Assembly (NCBI GenBank): GCA_004431415.1
Contig: QPMI01000093.1
Span: 188,800-252,799 of the forward strand
Direction: 5' to 3'
From: Cyanophora paradoxa CCMP329
Lineage: Eukaryota; Plantae; Glaucophyta
Length of the DNA: 64,000 nt
Shown in pieces: positions 53,901-62,771 of the stretch. The notes beneath the pieces were generated by a model. That model searched no databases and was not told where the DNA came from. It saw nothing but the letters and a program-made list of their open reading frames with translations. Both the position numbers and the translations under genes were made by a program. Each line of letters opens with the position of its first letter. Positions within the stretch are counted from its first letter, which is position 1.

Positions 53901-56117
53901 CGCGCACGTTCGTGGAGGAGTCCCTCCAGCTCGAGGACGTCTGCCCCGAGATGCCCGTCATCCCCGGCTTCGCCTTCGCCTGCGACACGCGTGCGCCGCC
54001 CGTACCCCTGCGCCCCGCCCCGTACCCCGCCGACGCCCCTTGCGCAGATTTCGTGGTGCGGGCGCCGCAGGACAGCACGGGCAGCGCCTGCGTCCTCGTC
54101 ATGACGCACGAGGAGGCACGGGAGCGGTACGCGGGCTACATGAACACCTGCTACATCCAGGGGCGCCTGCCCGCGGGCATCGAGGAGGCGACCGAGACCT
54201 GCGACTGGCCCACCGTGTACGGCATGCTGCACCCCTTCATGCCCAACGTCGTCAAGCACCTGGCGGACAACGGCTACGTGACGGCCGACGAGTTCGGCTA
54301 CGCGGCGGCCGTCCTCTACGCCTTCAACCTCGTCGGGCCGTGGAACTTCTGCGACAAGCCCGTCTTCGACCGGGAGCCGCGCGCGGAGATCGAGCCGCCG
54401 TCCGAGGGCGCCATGCTGCAGTACTGCGGCATCATCAAGGGCCAGTCGGGCACAGGCAAGTCGATGGTGACGCAGATCATGACGGAGTGCCTGCCGCCGG
54501 GCCGCGTCTGCGTCTACCGCCCCTCCAAGGGCTCGGCCTTCTCGGAGCACGGCGGCGAGGAGGCGATCTGCATGGTGATGGCGGAGGGCCTCGACCCTAA
54601 GGCCTGCTCGGAGGAGGAGCTCAAGATGCGCTCCGGCGACGCCTACTCCCGCAACTTCAAGAACGTCCGCGGCGACGATGTGCGCACCAAGGCGACGCGC
54701 AAGGTGCTTGTCATCGTCTGCAACAGCTTCCCGCAGGTGCGCCCGTTCCCCTGCCCCCTTCCCCTTCCCCGGCGCCCTTTCTCACTTGCCCCGGCGCAGC
54801 TCGAGAACCGCATGCTCGAGTTCTTCGCCCGCGTCGTCCTGATCCCCTCGACCACAAGCCGGCCAAGAAGCGCACCTACCTCCACTCCGACATCCGCGAG
54901 AACGAGCTGCCGGCGCTCATGGTCGCGGCCTTCACCTTCGCGTGGAAGATCATCCACGCGCTCTCCGACGGCAAGGCCTCCTGCATCCAGGCCTTCGAGC
55001 CGGCGTGGCTGCGGGCGCAGCGCCTCGGCTTCTGGCAGGAGACGGCCTCCTGTCCCCTCACCCGCTTCATCATCGCCCACTGCGCCGTCGACCCCACCAC
55101 CTACGTCGCCGCCCCGAACACGGAGGGCTACATGACGAGCGTCGCGGGCATCGTCGAGTACATCGCGCGCACGGAGGGCCCCGACACCTCCGCCGCCGTC
55201 GGCGCCGACATCGAGAACGGCCGGCTGGACGAGACCCTCGCCGGCTTCGGCTCCTGGTGCCGCCCCTACTCCTACAAGCTCGGCGGCGTCTGGCAGACCT
55301 ACATCCGCGGCATCGTCCCCAAGGCCCCGCTCTCCCTCGGCGAGAGCCAGCCGGCGCTGGAGGCGATCGCGATCCCCGTCGCCCAGTTCAAGGACCCGGC
55401 GCCCGACGTCGGGCCCTTCCTCGTCAAGCCCCACACCAAGGGCAAGGGCAAGCGCACCCGCAACTCGGCGCCGGCCTTCCTCCCGCCCCAGCCCCCGCCA
55501 CGGCCCCCAGCAGCGCCCCGGCCAGCAGCGCATCGACGAGATGCTGCCGCGCCAGGTCCGGCCCCGCGTACCCCCGCCTTCCCTCCCGTACCCCCCTCCC
55601 CCGCCCCCTCCTGATCCAAGGGCAGGGTACCCCGACGAACGGCGGCGCGGGCCCGAGCGGCTACGGGAGCTCGGCCTCCTCCGCGAGCGCCGACGGCCCC
55701 AGCCCCCTCCCCGGCCCCGGCGCCGTCCTCACCGCGATCCAGGGCTTCGGGGCCCAGCAGGAGGCCGAGCGGCGGGCGCTGGCGGCGCGCCAGGCGCGCG
55801 AGGCGGAGGAGCGGCGCCAGGCCCTCTGGGCCCAGCGCCTGCAGGCCACCATCGCCTTCCGCGCCGAGCTGGACTCCGGCTTCCGCGCCGGCCAGATCGC
55901 CGGGGCGGAGGCCTCGGAGCGCTGGCGGGCGTTCGAGGCGGAGTCGGCGGGGCTGGCGAAGGGCCTCGGCTACAGCTACCGGCGCGTGCCCGTGCTCAAG
56001 GACTACGCGTCGGCCGCGGCGCGGGAGGCCTCGCGGGCGGAGATCGACGCGGCGGAGGAGCAGGCGGCGCGCGAGGAGGCCGAGGACAACGCGCGCTTCC
56101 GGCACCTGCACCACTGA
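50951..56117 (+). CDS. Large D5-like superfamily 3 helicase, intron-containing
   Basis: Walker A IIKGQSGTGKS, Walker B-like ICMVMAE, motif C LVIVCN, Arg finger FFARVVLIP. Introns at 51277-51343, 51632-51694, 51956-52028, 53525-53677, 53991-54047, 54737-54799 and probably 55556-55620. Three 1-bp homopolymer deficits (~51048, ~52188, ~54846). Confidence 0.85.
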
Positions 56118-56166
56118 GGCCCCGAGGCGGTATTTTTTCTCAACCCTCCCTCAATTCGGTCCCGCG

Positions 56167-56355
56167 ATGGCCTTCGAAGCTTATCCTGCCCACTACTCGC
56201 TAGGAGCGCTGGCCGCGACCCTCACCTGGCTCCTCGGCGGCACCCCCACGGCCTCGGCGGTCATAGGCGTGGGCTTCGGCTACGCCGCCAAGTCCCTCTA
56301 CGCCCCCGGCGGCGCCTCGCAGGCGGCGGCCGGCATGCGCCCCGCCGGGCGCTAA
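56167..56355 (+). CDS. Small hydrophobic protein, 62 aa, two TM-like segments
   Basis: YSLGALAATLTWLLGG and AVIGVGFGYAA; tightly packed ORF with a TTTTTTCT motif upstream. Confidence 0.6.
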   Translation: MAFEAYPAHYSLGALAATLTWLLGGTPTASAVIGVGFGYAAKSLYAPGGASQAAAGMRPAGR

Positions 56356-56450
56356 CTTTTCAAAGTTCATTCTCCCCTCCCCCTTTTCCGAGTTCCGAGT
56401 CCGTTGGCGTTCCCTTTTAAATTTTCTTCATTCTCGTTACACGTTCGAAG

Positions 56451-56930
56451 ATGTCGAGCGCGGTAGAGAAGCTGCTGTGCACCGTGTTCAAATCGGATTC
56501 GCGATGCAGCAAGATCGGCGAGGCGGCGAGGGCTAAGGGCGGGGCGGCGGCGGAGGGGCCCAGGGTGAAGGCGGCGGATCCCGCGCCGCCGTCGCTGAAA
56601 ACGATCAAGGGGGCGGGCAAGGGCAGGAGCGTGGGGGCGCTGCCCCTCGTGGCGATCGCGCCGGGGCAGAGGGAGGCGGCGCACGCGGCGACGGCGGCGC
56701 TGGCCGCGCGGCGGCAGGCGGAGGCCTACCCGTGCCTGGGCCGGGGGCTGCACCCGCCGGCCGGCCGCCCCTACGCCGTGAGCGCCTACTTCGACGAGGC
56801 CAACCGGCTGAGCTGCCAGGAGCTGTGCGACAACCGCATGCGGCGCGCCGTGGACGGGCACCTGCCGCTGCTGGTGGCGCTGGGCGGCTCGCTCCTGATG
56901 GTCTGGTACCTGCGCGGCCTGGTCATTTAG
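56451..56930 (+). CDS. Viral-element protein, 159 aa, Cys-containing, C-terminal TM anchor
   Basis: ATG ORF ending HLPLLVALGGSLLMVWYLRGLVI. Confidence 0.65.
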   Translation: MSSAVEKLLCTVFKSDSRCSKIGEAARAKGGAAAEGPRVKAADPAPPSLKTIKGAGKGRSVGALPLVAIAPGQREAAHAATAALAARRQAEAYPCLGRGLHPPAGRPYAVSAYFDEANRLSCQELCDNRMRRAVDGHLPLLVALGGSLLMVWYLRGLVI

Positions 56931-56956
56931 ATAGTTTTTCGAAGTCTAGGTCAAAG

Positions 56957-57358
56957 ATGGGCTGGGTGGACGCCGTGCTGACCAAGGTCTTCGGACCGAA
57001 GAGCGCGCAGCCGCCGCCGAGCTTCAACCTGGCCGCGGCGATCAGCACGACGATCGAGCGCAAGAACAACGAGCTCATCCTAAAGAACGACGGCAAGCTT
57101 CCCTGGGCCGACGTGGCCGCGGGCGCACTCGGCAGCACGCTGACGGGAATCGATCGGACGGGCGCCGCGGGCGTGAAGGTCGGGCAGGCGGTTGCGGCCG
57201 TGCCGGAGCTTGCGATGAAGGGCTGGCACTACGCCAAGATCGCCGCCGGCGTCGCCGCGGTGCTCCTTGCGATCTGGCTCGCGTGGCAGCTGCGCGGCGC
57301 CTACCAGGGCGCGCGCCTGCAGAGCGCCCAGCTCGACTATTTTCTAAAGGCTAGGTAA
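56957..57358 (+). CDS. Viral-element membrane protein, 133 aa
   Basis: MGWVDAVLTKVFG...KIAAGVAAVLLAIWLAWQLRG; starts 26 nt after the previous stop. Confidence 0.65.
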   Translation: MGWVDAVLTKVFGPKSAQPPPSFNLAAAISTTIERKNNELILKNDGKLPWADVAAGALGSTLTGIDRTGAAGVKVGQAVAAVPELAMKGWHYAKIAAGVAAVLLAIWLAWQLRGAYQGARLQSAQLDYFLKAR

Positions 57359-57370
57359 AGCGAGCGAACC

Positions 57371-57743
57371 ATGCGCGGCGGCTCTTCCCCCGTGTTTCCT
57401 TCGCTGAGAACCCGGTGGCGAACGCAGTCGCCCCTACCCCCTGGAGCCCGGAGTGAAGCTGGAGCGTGCGAACGCAGTCTCCGTCAAGAAGGCCAAGCGC
57501 ACGCTGGCGCTGGAAGTCCCGGTCGCGGAGGATACGGAGAAGGTTGCATTCAACAAGCGCAAGACGTACAAGGCGATACGCGAGGGACAGCTGCTGCCCA
57601 CGGACTCGGTTCCCGGGCTGCCGGGCACCACGGCCGGCGAGCTCCTAGTGCGCAACCTGCGCCTGCAGTACGTCTCCCGCCTCCGCCGCTCCAAGGCCAA
57701 GAAGGCGCGCCTGGACTCGGGCGATAGCAGCTCTAGCTCGTAG
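57371..57743 (+). CDS. Basic (Lys/Arg-rich) small protein, probably one ORF with a homopolymer frameshift
   Basis: ATG at 57371 is preceded by ATTTTCTAA; the coding-like frame 57453-57743 reads KLERANAVSVKKAKRT...RLRRSKAKKARLDS. Confidence 0.5.
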
Positions 57744-57770
57744 GGCTCTGTACTGTTGTATTCAATGCCT

Positions 57771-58055
57771 TTACCAGTTCCTGTTCCTATCCCAGAGCAC
57801 GACTCGGGTGAAGGGCACGGTCATAGCGAACATGAACTCGGCGAACTTTGCAAAGTTCATCAGGGTTCCCAGGCGGGGATCCTCCCAGTAGATCGCCTCG
57901 CGCAGCGCCTCGTAGACGCGCATGAGGGAGCGCTCGTTCTCCGTCGCGAAGGCGTCGCCGGGCTCGTCGGGGTCGGGATCCGTGAGCTCGGAGTACTCGT
58001 CCGAGCTGCCCGCGCTCTCGGCACCTGCGGCGGGGTCGGGCGAGGGGTCGGGCAT
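57771..58055 (-). CDS. Hypothetical acidic protein, 94 aa
   Basis: Clean ATG ORF preceded by ATTTTCTAG. Confidence 0.6.
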   Translation of the reverse strand: MPDPSPDPAAGAESAGSSDEYSELTDPDPDEPGDAFATENERSLMRVYEALREAIYWEDPRLGTLMNFAKFAEFMFAMTVPFTRVVLWDRNRNW

Positions 58056-58091
58056 TCTCTACTAGTAGAAGGGCTAGAAAATCACTAGCAA

Positions 58092-58433
58092 TCACGGGCG
58101 CCGGAACTCCATCGAGTCGCCGCGCCAGTACTTGTTGCCGGAGGCGAGCAGCTTCATCGGCTCGCCCGTCGAATCGTGCTTCCAGGCCTCGCCGTCCCAG
58201 AGGGCCGTGCCGCCGTCCTCTAGCTTGAGGCGGTGGCCCGGCTCGAGCCGGTTGCCGTCGAGCATGCGGCCGGCCATGAGCGCCAGGTCCCACTCGGTGA
58301 GGTTGCGCTGCTCTGCGGGGGTGAGGCCGCGCTCGACGCGCTCGGGCTGGCGCGCCTCGCGCTCCATGCGGCTGAGGCCTACCAGGAAGAAGATGGGCAA
58401 CGCAAAGGCCATGAGATCTAGCAGGGCCTCCAT
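58092..58433 (-). CDS. Small protein with an N-terminal TM segment, 113 aa
   Basis: MEALLDLMAFALPIFFLVGLSR...; preceded by CTTTTCTAA. Confidence 0.6.
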   Translation of the reverse strand: MEALLDLMAFALPIFFLVGLSRMEREARQPERVERGLTPAEQRNLTEWDLALMAGRMLDGNRLEPGHRLKLEDGGTALWDGEAWKHDSTGEPMKLLASGNKYWRGDSMEFRRP

Positions 58434-58443
58434 TGGGCAAGAC

Positions 58444-58732
58444 TTAGAAAAGGTTCCGGACCAGGCCCGAGAGCTGCGGGCCCAGGCGCCGGGCGGCGTA
58501 GTAGAGCGCGGCCGCCGCCGCCGCAAGGATCAGAAGGCGCGGCGGGCCGCGCGCCGGCTCCTCCAGGGTCAGGTCCACGGTCTCCGGCCCGCGCGCCGGA
58601 GCCGCCAGGATCTCGGGCTCGGAGCAGAGGGACTTGGGCCCGCGGCGGCGGCGCTGCTTGGGCGCCGAGGCGGCGGCGGTGAGAAGGTCCTCAGGCTCCT
58701 GCTTGATACCTGCGCAATCGGTGAAGTCCATG
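58444..58732 (-). CDS. Small protein with a C-terminal TM segment
   Basis: MDFTDCAGIKQEP...RLLILAAAAAALYYAARR; preceded by AATTTTCCAA. Confidence 0.55.
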
Positions 58733-58799
58733 CTTGCTGGGTACCTTGGAAAATTGTGGGAGGCGTCCGGAGTGTGCGAACGTAGCTCCAATGGGATTT

Positions 58800-60246
58800 G
58801 CGTCATTTACGTCCGCGTCATTTACGTCACGGAGTTTGCCGGCGACTCGGGACTCGGGCCCAACTTCTCCCGGTAAGTTCGAGACTTGAACTCGGCGGGG
58901 GTACCCCCGGTGTCCTAGTGTCCTAGTGTCCTAGTGCTACTAGCTAGGTGGTATCGATATCTAGCTAGCTAGCGCTAGCGCTTGCTTAATTAATTAACCT
59001 GAAGGGTCGCGTCATTTACGTCAGCGTCATTTACGTCACGGAGTTTGCCGGCGACTCGGGACTCGGGCCCAACTTCTCCCGGTAAGTTCGTCACGACCAG
59101 TAGCTACTAGTACCGCTAGTACTACGTAGTACTACTTAGTACTACTTGGTACTACTTAGTACTACTAGCTTAGTACTAGTAGCCACCGATACTGGTACAG
59201 CTTTTATAGATTTAAGCATTCATTCAATGTGAATAACGATAATAGTAATAATAATAACGATAAGTAATAGGGATACCCTATTTTTCCAAGTCTCGAACTT
59301 ACCGGGAGAAGTTGGGCCCGAGTCCCGAGTCGCCGGCAAACTCCGTGACGTAAATGACGCTGACGTAAATGACGCGACCCTTCGGTAACCTCCGCAACCC
59401 TTCAGGTAAATGTCAGGTAACTTCAGTTGAGTTAATTAAGCAAGCGCTAGCTAGCTAGATATCACAGCTCTACCTTGCCCAAGTTGATGGTATCTAGCAG
59501 GGCCTGCTCCTCCAAGTCTGCACCGCCGCCGCCGCCCAGCGCTAGCGCTAGCTCGATACCGCCTCCGGCCTTGATCTCCCTTGGCTCCAGCCACCTGAGG
59601 GGCTCAGGCCACCTCCTCCTGGTGAAGCCGGTATCGTTGCTCTTGTCCAGCTTGAGGTAGCGGTAGGGCGCCGGCGCCGGCCAGTCCGGCCTGTGGCCGC
59701 TTGCCTCCTTGGCTATGTCCTTGGGCCTACGCGGTCGCAGGTCCGCCTTGGCCTTCGCCCTCTGCAAGGGGCCCAGCGCCTTGAACTTCGGTGCCTTGGT
59801 CGCCGGCAGGGCCTTCGGCTGGGGCTTCACCGCCTTCGGCTGCTGAGGCCTTAGCTGCTTCGATTTCGGCATACTTCTTGCTCATAAATGAGAAAAGCGC
59901 CTCGAAGTCGGCCTTTATCTCCTCCTTGGTCCAGGATGTCACCTGATCCGGGTCACCTGAGAACGGCGCATCGAACGCCACGTGGAGCGATTTGCAGGCC
60001 TGAGCTATCATTGGCTCGGGCCAGGCCAGCTCGATCAGCTGAAGGTAGATGTTCAGGGCCTTGTCGAGCTTGGCGCCCTGAGAGACTAGCTGGGAGATAG
60101 CGGGCTCCATGGTACAGCAGAGCTTTAGAAAATGGCGCCAAGTCCAAGTCCTTTTTTACGGGCGAGGCCTGGGCCGGGGCCAGGGCCGAGTCCCAACTCC
60201 GTGACGTAAATGACGCTGACGTAAATGACGCGGACGTAAATGACGC
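58800..60246. repeat. Iteron-like repeat system and a large inverted repeat (candidate replication origin/enhancer)
   Basis: Nine copies of GACGTAAATGACGC at 15-bp period in four clusters (58800-58828, 59009-59037, 59347-59375, 60203-60246). ~80-bp modules occur direct (58800, 59009) and inverted (59287-59385) around an AT-rich core. Confidence 0.9.
59462..60110 (-). CDS. Hypothetical viral-element protein(s): 127-aa ORF overlapping a basic 136-aa ORF (possible frameshift)
   Basis: ATG at 60110 is preceded by ATTTTCTAA; overlapping ORFs 59727-60110 and 59462-59872. Confidence 0.5.
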
Positions 60247-60371
60247 CGAATTTTCAAGTTGCCCTCACCTGAAACTCAGCTGAGCGCTCACCTGACCCTC
60301 ACCTGAACGGCCTCAAAACCGCAGCCCCGCCGCGCCCTCTCCTCACACTTCAAAGCCAAGAGAAATCAAGA

Positions 60372-60581
60372 ATGTGCATCCCCACGTACTTCACCTGCTG
60401 TCTCACCTTCGGCATCTTCGCATACGTCATATACGACGATGAGTTCGACCGAAACACGTTCTACTTCTGCAAGCTCCTTCGCGACATTTCGTCGGAGCAC
60501 CGCAAGGGCGATGAGTATGATTGGATTCAACTGCTCCCCTCAAGAACGAGATCGTACTGTGGAGAGAGAAGTGCATTGTAG
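60372..60581 (+). CDS. Small hypothetical protein, 69 aa, hydrophobic N-terminus
   Basis: ATG ORF downstream of a CACCTGA repeat cluster. Confidence 0.35.
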   Translation: MCIPTYFTCCLTFGIFAYVIYDDEFDRNTFYFCKLLRDISSEHRKGDEYDWIQLLPSRTRSYCGERSAL

Positions 60582-60755
60582 GCAGGTTCAAGATTAGCTC
60601 GATTCGTGTAGCCGTCGTAGAGGATCTGATGGTGAATTGAACACGTGTTTTACCTGAATCACCTGAGCGCTCACCCGAGGTCAGCTGAAGTCGGGTGGGG
60701 CGCCCTTAAATATTTTCTAGCGCTAGGCTGAAGCACACTCTAAGCTAACGCAAAC

Positions 60756-61536
60756 ATGGCCACCGTCCGCAACGCCAACGAGATCGACCCGCCAAGCTCG
60801 CCTTCGAGATCGACGCCACCGGCCGCATCAAGGCCAAGTACGACGGCCTGCAGGGCCTCATGATGTACGCGCCGCCCATGGTCACGATCAACCCGTGCAT
60901 CAACACAGAGCAAGGCAAGGCGTGGAGCGACGAGAAGAAGGCCTTCGTCATGGAAGAAAACGGCGGATTTTACACGCTGGACCTCACCGATCTCAGCGCC
61001 GTCGACGGCCAGACGAACCCAGCCGCGGACGAGTTCCTCAAGCTGCTGGAGGCCCTGGACGCGAAATTCTGCGAGTTCGTGCAGCAGAACCAGGCCAAGC
61101 TCAAGGTCTCGCCCGGCCGCTCCCTCTCCAAGGATCAGATCTCGGTGCTGCAGACCCCCAGCGTGCGCATCAAGGTCGACAAGGAGTCGGGCCAGGCCTT
61201 CTACAAGTACCTCAACATGCGCATCCGCACCCAGACGATGGCGGGCAAGCGCAAGACCGTGCCCGTCGTCGACATGTCCAACTACCTCATCACCGAGCGC
61301 GCCACCATCGGCACCGGAGACCTGGTGGCGGCGCTCATTAAAATCGACACCGCCTACGCCATCCCGAGGGCAAGTTCGGCCTCAAGTGGTCCTTCCTCGC
61401 CGTGCAGCAGTGCAAGGTCGGCGCCTTTCGCTTCGCCGGGCGCGCCCCCGAGCTGGCCTTCAAGCCCTACGACAACGAGGCCGATTTCGAGCCCTACCTA
61501 AACCCCGAGTCTATGTACGCAGCCCCCATGCAGTAG
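60756..61536 (+). CDS. NCLDV-type (T7 gp2.5-like OB-fold) single-stranded DNA-binding protein
   Basis: Restoring one C at ~60789 and one at ~61364 gives MATVRNANEIDPAKLAFE...FYTLDL...FLKLLEALDAKFCEFVQQN...GDLVAALIKIDTAYAIPEGKFGLKWSFLAVQ plus an acidic/aromatic tail, matching the pattern I recall for large-DNA-virus SSBs. AATAAA follows the stop. Confidence 0.7.
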
Positions 61537-61589
61537 CTCGGACGAATAAATTGTGAATTTTTGGTGCAATTGATTACACGCGTTTACAC

Positions 61590-62393
61590 TCAAAGGCCGT
61601 TGAACTTGCCGCCCACCGCCCTGGGCTCCGCCGCCGTCGAGGCCGCCGCCTCCGTCACCTCCTTCATTACCTCCGGGTTCGCGTTCGCCGCGTGCACCGC
61701 CAGCACCGTCTGCACCAGGGCCATCCCCAGGCGCGCCTCGGGCCCCAGGGTCACGTAGCGCGAGTACTTGATCACCAGCTCCTCTAAGATCGGCTGCACC
61801 TGGTCCATCGAAGAGAGCGTCGCCTGCCCGAGCCCGTCGAGCTTCAGGCCGATCGGATCGTACGCCTTGTTCAGGTGCTCCAGCGAGTGCATGCCCGCGA
61901 TCAGAAAGAGGCGCGCCGCCTCCAGCGAACCCCGCGTGCTCAGCTCGCGCTGAATCTCCTCGTACTCTTCCTTCAGCTCGTCCAGCGGCGTGGCCAGGCT
62001 CAGCTTCTTCGTGGACGTAAGCTCGCCCCCGAACGAGCGCCGGTACTGCGCGATCTGTCGCAGGACCTGCTTCTTCTCGTCCACGTCCACCTGCGCCTCG
62101 TCCCGCGGCCGCTCCTGCAGGTCGATTCCCAGCGCCTTTTTCACGCTCTGCTCCTTCTTCTTCGTCATTTCGATGTGCTCCTGCACGCTGAAGCCCGCGC
62201 CCTTGCTCGGCGCCGTCGGCGGCACCGCGGGCCCGTCGCCCGGCAGCGCCATCCTGTCGGCCTTCGGCGCCTTCTCCCCCTTTTCCTTGCCCTCCTTCGC
62301 GGGGCGGCCCTTCTTCCGGGGCTGCGGGATTCCCACGGGGTTCGGCCCGTCCACGGCCAGCGCCTCGAAGCCAAGCATCGCCGAGGGGTCCAT
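61590..62393 (-). CDS. Conserved NCLDV-like protein (DUF5767-type)
   Basis: LDELKEEYEEI...LEHLNKAYDPIGLKLDGLG...ILEELVIKY...GPEARLGMAL...VH resembles the E-x-L-N-x-x-F-D-P-x-x-x-K-L-D-G ... EEL-x-x-KY ... PE-x-RL pattern recalled from mimi/phycodnavirus proteins. Confidence 0.7.
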   Translation of the reverse strand: MDPSAMLGFEALAVDGPNPVGIPQPRKKGRPAKEGKEKGEKAPKADRMALPGDGPAVPPTAPSKGAGFSVQEHIEMTKKKEQSVKKALGIDLQERPRDEAQVDVDEKKQVLRQIAQYRRSFGGELTSTKKLSLATPLDELKEEYEEIQRELSTRGSLEAARLFLIAGMHSLEHLNKAYDPIGLKLDGLGQATLSSMDQVQPILEELVIKYSRYVTLGPEARLGMALVQTVLAVHAANANPEVMKEVTEAAASTAAEPRAVGGKFNGL

Positions 62394-62422
62394 CCTTTAC
62401 GCCTGCCCCTTAGAAATATTTT

Positions 62423-62752
62423 TCACTCCGAGGTCAGCTCGACGAAGAGCTCGATGTAAAGCCAGAGCTTCTCGCGCAGCTCGGGCCCGCTGCCGTAGAA
62501 GAGCGAGCGCACGGCCGAGGCGTACTCCTGCGGCAGCCTCTCGAAAACCGAGTCGTCCTTCGCCTTGATCAATTCCGCCTCCGCGTTGATGTGCCTCCTG
62601 AACAGAACGATGACCGCCGTGGCCCCGATGCCGCGCAGCGACTGGATCTGCGCCCGCACCCCGGGCTCCTTGGCCTCCGGCTCCAGCAGGTCGAGGAAGC
62701 GGCCCCAGCGCGCCTCGATTTGCTCGCCCAGCGTCGCCTCCGTCGCAGCCAT
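62423..62752 (-). CDS. Small helical protein resembling a conserved NCLDV hypothetical family, 109 aa
   Basis: F..HI..E.ELIKAKDDSVF...REKLWLYIELFVEL pattern; tightly packed ORF. Confidence 0.55.
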   Translation of the reverse strand: MAATEATLGEQIEARWGRFLDLLEPEAKEPGVRAQIQSLRGIGATAVIVLFRRHINAEAELIKAKDDSVFERLPQEYASAVRSLFYGSGPELREKLWLYIELFVELTSE

Positions 62753-62771
62753 GCTACGCGTGCTTCAGAAA

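Noticed and set aside
58800-60246. 14-bp repeats as a mini-CRISPR
   Set aside because: Only 1 nt separates the units and the clusters occur in both orientations; iterons fit better.
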